From: an uncultured Acidimicrobiia bacterium
Lineage (GTDB): Bacteria > Actinomycetota > Acidimicrobiia > Spongiisociales > ZC4RG35
Length of the DNA stretch: 64,000 nt
Assembly (NCBI GenBank): GCA_963772815.1
Contig: CAVYYV010000009.1
Location: forward strand, 23,183-87,182
Direction of reading: 5' to 3'
The notes beneath the pieces were generated by a model. It was not told the DNA's origin, did not search any database, and saw nothing but the letters and a program-made list of their open reading frames with translations. Positions within the stretch are counted from its first letter, which is position 1. Every line of letters begins with the position of its first letter. Below are positions 61,716 to 64,000 of this stretch, one piece after another. The translations under genes were made by a program, and so were the position numbers.

Positions 61716-61964
61716 TCAGTGAGGAAACAGTGTGACCACCGATGGCGAGAACATCCCCGTGTGAGCAAGGTCGGCCAGCCCACCCGTTATGAACGTCGCC
61801 AGACGCCCGGCTTCCTTTGGTGTGAGATGTGACGTCGCCACGCAAGTCTCATCACGCCACAAGCTGATGACGACATATCCGGCGTCGTTGTGCCAGGTGG
61901 CTCGTAGCTCTGACCGGTCGCCATCGGGGATGAACTCCCGTCGCTGCTCTGAAGGGTGGTGCAC
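61716..61964 (-). CDS. Small hypothetical protein (82 aa)
   Basis: GTG with an AGGA RBS. LRATWH...VVISLWRD..CVAT resembles a motif recalled from small actinobacterial hypotheticals (not verified). Confidence 0.6.
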   Translation of the reverse strand: MHHPSEQRREFIPDGDRSELRATWHNDAGYVVISLWRDETCVATSHLTPKEAGRLATFITGGLADLAHTGMFSPSVVTLFPH

Positions 61965-62201
61965 CCGGCCAATCCTGACTCGTGCTGGGCATCCAGAGGC
62001 TACCCACCCGTGATGACGCCCGAAAGGCCGAGTATTCGAGCAGGGCAACGGATCTGTGATGGTGATGGGCCAGATTCGGGACCGCAGCAGACATCGAGCG
62101 AGGGTGGGCAAGTCCGGTCGGGCATCGGAACCCCGCGCCATTCCCCGGCCGGCGCCAGGCGCATCTGGGTGAGCGATGGCCACCGACTACGTTGGCCGTC
62201 T

Positions 62202-62639
62202 ATGCCGGTGATGGTCGTTGGCGCAGACACGAGTCAAGGAGAGCTGATCGTGGAACGATTGCTCGACCCCGACCGTGAGGTGCGGGTGTTCGTGACCGAC
62301 CCCGATGTAGCCGACGAGTGGAGGCGGGTTGGCGCCAAGGTGGCACTTGGCGACGTCTCCGACGACTCGCACGTCGCCTCGGCGTGCCTGAACTGCTTCT
62401 CGGTCGTGCTGGTGGGTCGTGCTGCCCGTGACGAGCGATTGCGATCGTTCGCCGACAGCGACGAGGCAGTGTTCCAGGGCTGGGCCAGGGCGGTCACCAC
62501 GGCCGGCGTGAAAAGGGTCATCTGGGTGCTCGAATCAGAACCGCCCGAGGTCAGAGGACCCGAAGTGGTCGTGGTCGACCCCTCCACCGCGGACCTCCCC
62601 GGTCACGTGTTCCGCCTCGACGAGGCCGCCGCCCTCTGA
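62202..62639 (+). CDS. Short NAD(P)-binding Rossmann-like (NmrA-like) protein
   Basis: MVVGADTSQGELIVERL, VRVFV, GDVSD and AGVKRVIW. Confidence 0.72.
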   Translation: MPVMVVGADTSQGELIVERLLDPDREVRVFVTDPDVADEWRRVGAKVALGDVSDDSHVASACLNCFSVVLVGRAARDERLRSFADSDEAVFQGWARAVTTAGVKRVIWVLESEPPEVRGPEVVVVDPSTADLPGHVFRLDEAAAL

Positions 62640-62648
62640 CTACGCCCC

Positions 62649-63209
62649 TCAGCGGAGTCTCACCTCCGCCATATGGAGCTTGTCGAACACGAGCACGGCG
62701 TCGAAGGCCGGAACCAGATAGGGATGGGGGTCGATGGCCTTCCCGTCGTGATGTATCTCGAAATGAGTGTGGGGCGAAGAGCCCTCGGCATTGCCCGAGT
62801 CACCGACCCAGCCGATCAACTGGCCGGCCCGGACCGCGTCCCCGACCTGCACCGCCACACCCGAGGACATGGGCGCCCGACCATCGTCGGTGCCTGGGGT
62901 GTCGTCATTGAGATGCATGTACCAGGTCTCCCATCCGTGACCGTGGTCGATGGCTATGTACCGACCCGCGCTTCCCCGGTCGCGAATCCATTTCACCGTC
63001 CCGGGAGCAGCGGCATACACCTCGGTCATCTTGGGAGCCATGAGGTCGTTTCCCTCATGACGGTGCCCGGCTCGGGGAGCACCGAAGCTGTCGGTGAAGT
63101 GAGTGACCACCGCCTCCTGAGGGAAGACGATCGGTAGGTCGGTCGTAGCGGTGGACCCGCCCGGAACCATGCCGGACAGGGCCAAGGAAATCAGAACGAT
63201 GTTGAACAA
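62649..63209 (-). CDS. Secreted M23 family metallopeptidase
   Basis: HEGND (HxxxD), YMHL and HTHFE motifs. TTG start follows GGAGG. Signal-like N-terminus. Confidence 0.88.
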   Translation of the reverse strand: MFNIVLISLALSGMVPGGSTATTDLPIVFPQEAVVTHFTDSFGAPRAGHRHEGNDLMAPKMTEVYAAAPGTVKWIRDRGSAGRYIAIDHGHGWETWYMHLNDDTPGTDDGRAPMSSGVAVQVGDAVRAGQLIGWVGDSGNAEGSSPHTHFEIHHDGKAIDPHPYLVPAFDAVLVFDKLHMAEVRLR

Positions 63210-63274
63210 GGGGACCTCCATCAGATGGAAGAGAGAGAACCGAAGTTCGGGGGAAGCGATGACCCTAACCCTCA

Positions 63275-63290
63275 AGTGATCTGATTCACA
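63275..63290. promoter_or_regulatory. CRP/GlxR-like binding site upstream of the M23 peptidase
   Basis: Minus strand reads TGTGA-ATCAGA-TCACT (9/10 match to TGTGA-N6-TCACA), followed by a -10-like TAGGGT. Confidence 0.5.
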
Positions 63291-63302
63291 AGCCTGGATC
63301 AG

Positions 63303-63333
63303 AACGAGGCCGGGTCTTGACCCGGCCTCGTTT
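63303..63333. terminator. Strong hairpin, probable intrinsic terminator downstream of the HAD gene
   Basis: aacgaggccgggt-cttg-acccggcctcgtt perfect 13-bp stem. Confidence 0.7.
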
Positions 63334-63418
63334 GGTGCCATCGCGCAGCTTCACTCCCTGGCTACAGGATGGGATATGACGACTACATCGGCACCAAGCC
63401 GCTTCAACTGGAGCCGAT

Positions 63419-64000
63419 TCAGACGAGATCCAGCCCAACGAGACCGGACAGCTCCTCCAGGGCCACATCCGGATCGTCCACCTTGATGGTGCGCATCCCC
63501 AAAGACCGGGCGGTTCTCAGATTGGCGCCGATGTCGTCGAGGAATGCGATCCGCGTCGGATCTATGCCGGTCCTGTCGATCAGCAGGCGGTAGATCCGCT
63601 TCTCGGGCTTGCCGCGTGCCCTCCAGATGCGACTCGATCACCAGGTCGAAGTGAGACGAGACCCGCTCGGCCGCCAACGACCTCCAGCTGTTGGTCACCG
63701 CCGCCACCGTCAATCCTGCCGCACGTAGCCGTTGGATGGCATCGACCATGGCGGGACGCGCCACCGCCACCGCCTCGATCCGAACCATCAGATCACCGAT
63801 GTCGATCCCGTCGATGCCCATCTGGGCCAGATCGCCGGCAAACAGCTGTTGAAACCCATCCATGCTCAGCTCGCCCCGCTCCAGCCGCGCCCAGGCGCCG
63901 GCTGGGCCCGCCTCCTGGACCGCCCTGTTGATCAGGCCGGCCTGCACCCCCGATTCCCGCTCGAAACGGCTGATCTCATGCAGCGGCGATTCGAGAACCA
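63419..64000 (-). CDS. HAD family hydrolase (5' end outside the window; one apparent frameshift)
   Basis: AAVTNSW and FDLVIES. After removing one base near 63611 it reads KPEKRIY...FLDDIGANL..ARSLGM and stops at 63419. Confidence 0.8.

Noticed and set aside
63225-63300. c-di-AMP (ydaO) riboswitch before the M23 peptidase
   Set aside because: Only fragments resemble it (GTGAATC, TAGGG, CCCGAAC). The CCGTCAGCTAAC and 5' GGAACC elements are missing.
1-64000. Prophage, IS, integrase, tRNA or rRNA
   Set aside because: No such genes or terminal repeats were recognised. The sheath-like segment is a single domain inside a host surface protein.

Overview
High-GC bacterial chromosomal window. Gene content and SLH style suggest an actinobacterium of class Acidimicrobiia (inference). 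Positions 1-25.3 kb are a cell-surface island: two large secreted proteins with triple Cys-containing SLH-like repeats, then a glycan locus. The glycan locus encodes a P-loop kinase, a nucleotidyltransferase-kinase fusion, an ABC-2 exporter, three GT4s (one fused to a GNAT), a Wzy-like protein, a deacetylase, a Wzc-like pseudokinase, a PglF/CapD-type dehydratase, a WecA/TagO-like transferase, a GNAT and a DegT aminotransferase. Positions 25.3-64 kb are mostly housekeeping: fused lipB-lipA, E2, lpdA, acyl-CoA dehydrogenases with TetR, LLM oxidoreductases, a Suf system split into three blocks with two sufC, xseAB, fumC, family-5 UDG, a DUF4015-like protein, a sigma-70 factor, amn, a BCCP-carboxyltransferase, gltB, an M23 peptidase and a HAD hydrolase. 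The most striking non-gene feature is a perfect 63-bp tandem repeat starting at the sufB 3' end, in which every unit is an exact ATG-to-TAG 20-codon mini-ORF in frame with sufB. About eight small-indel frameshifts in otherwise intact genes look like sequencing or assembly errors. No tRNA, rRNA, CRISPR array, integrase or transposase was recognised. All calls come from motif reading by eye; no database searches were run.
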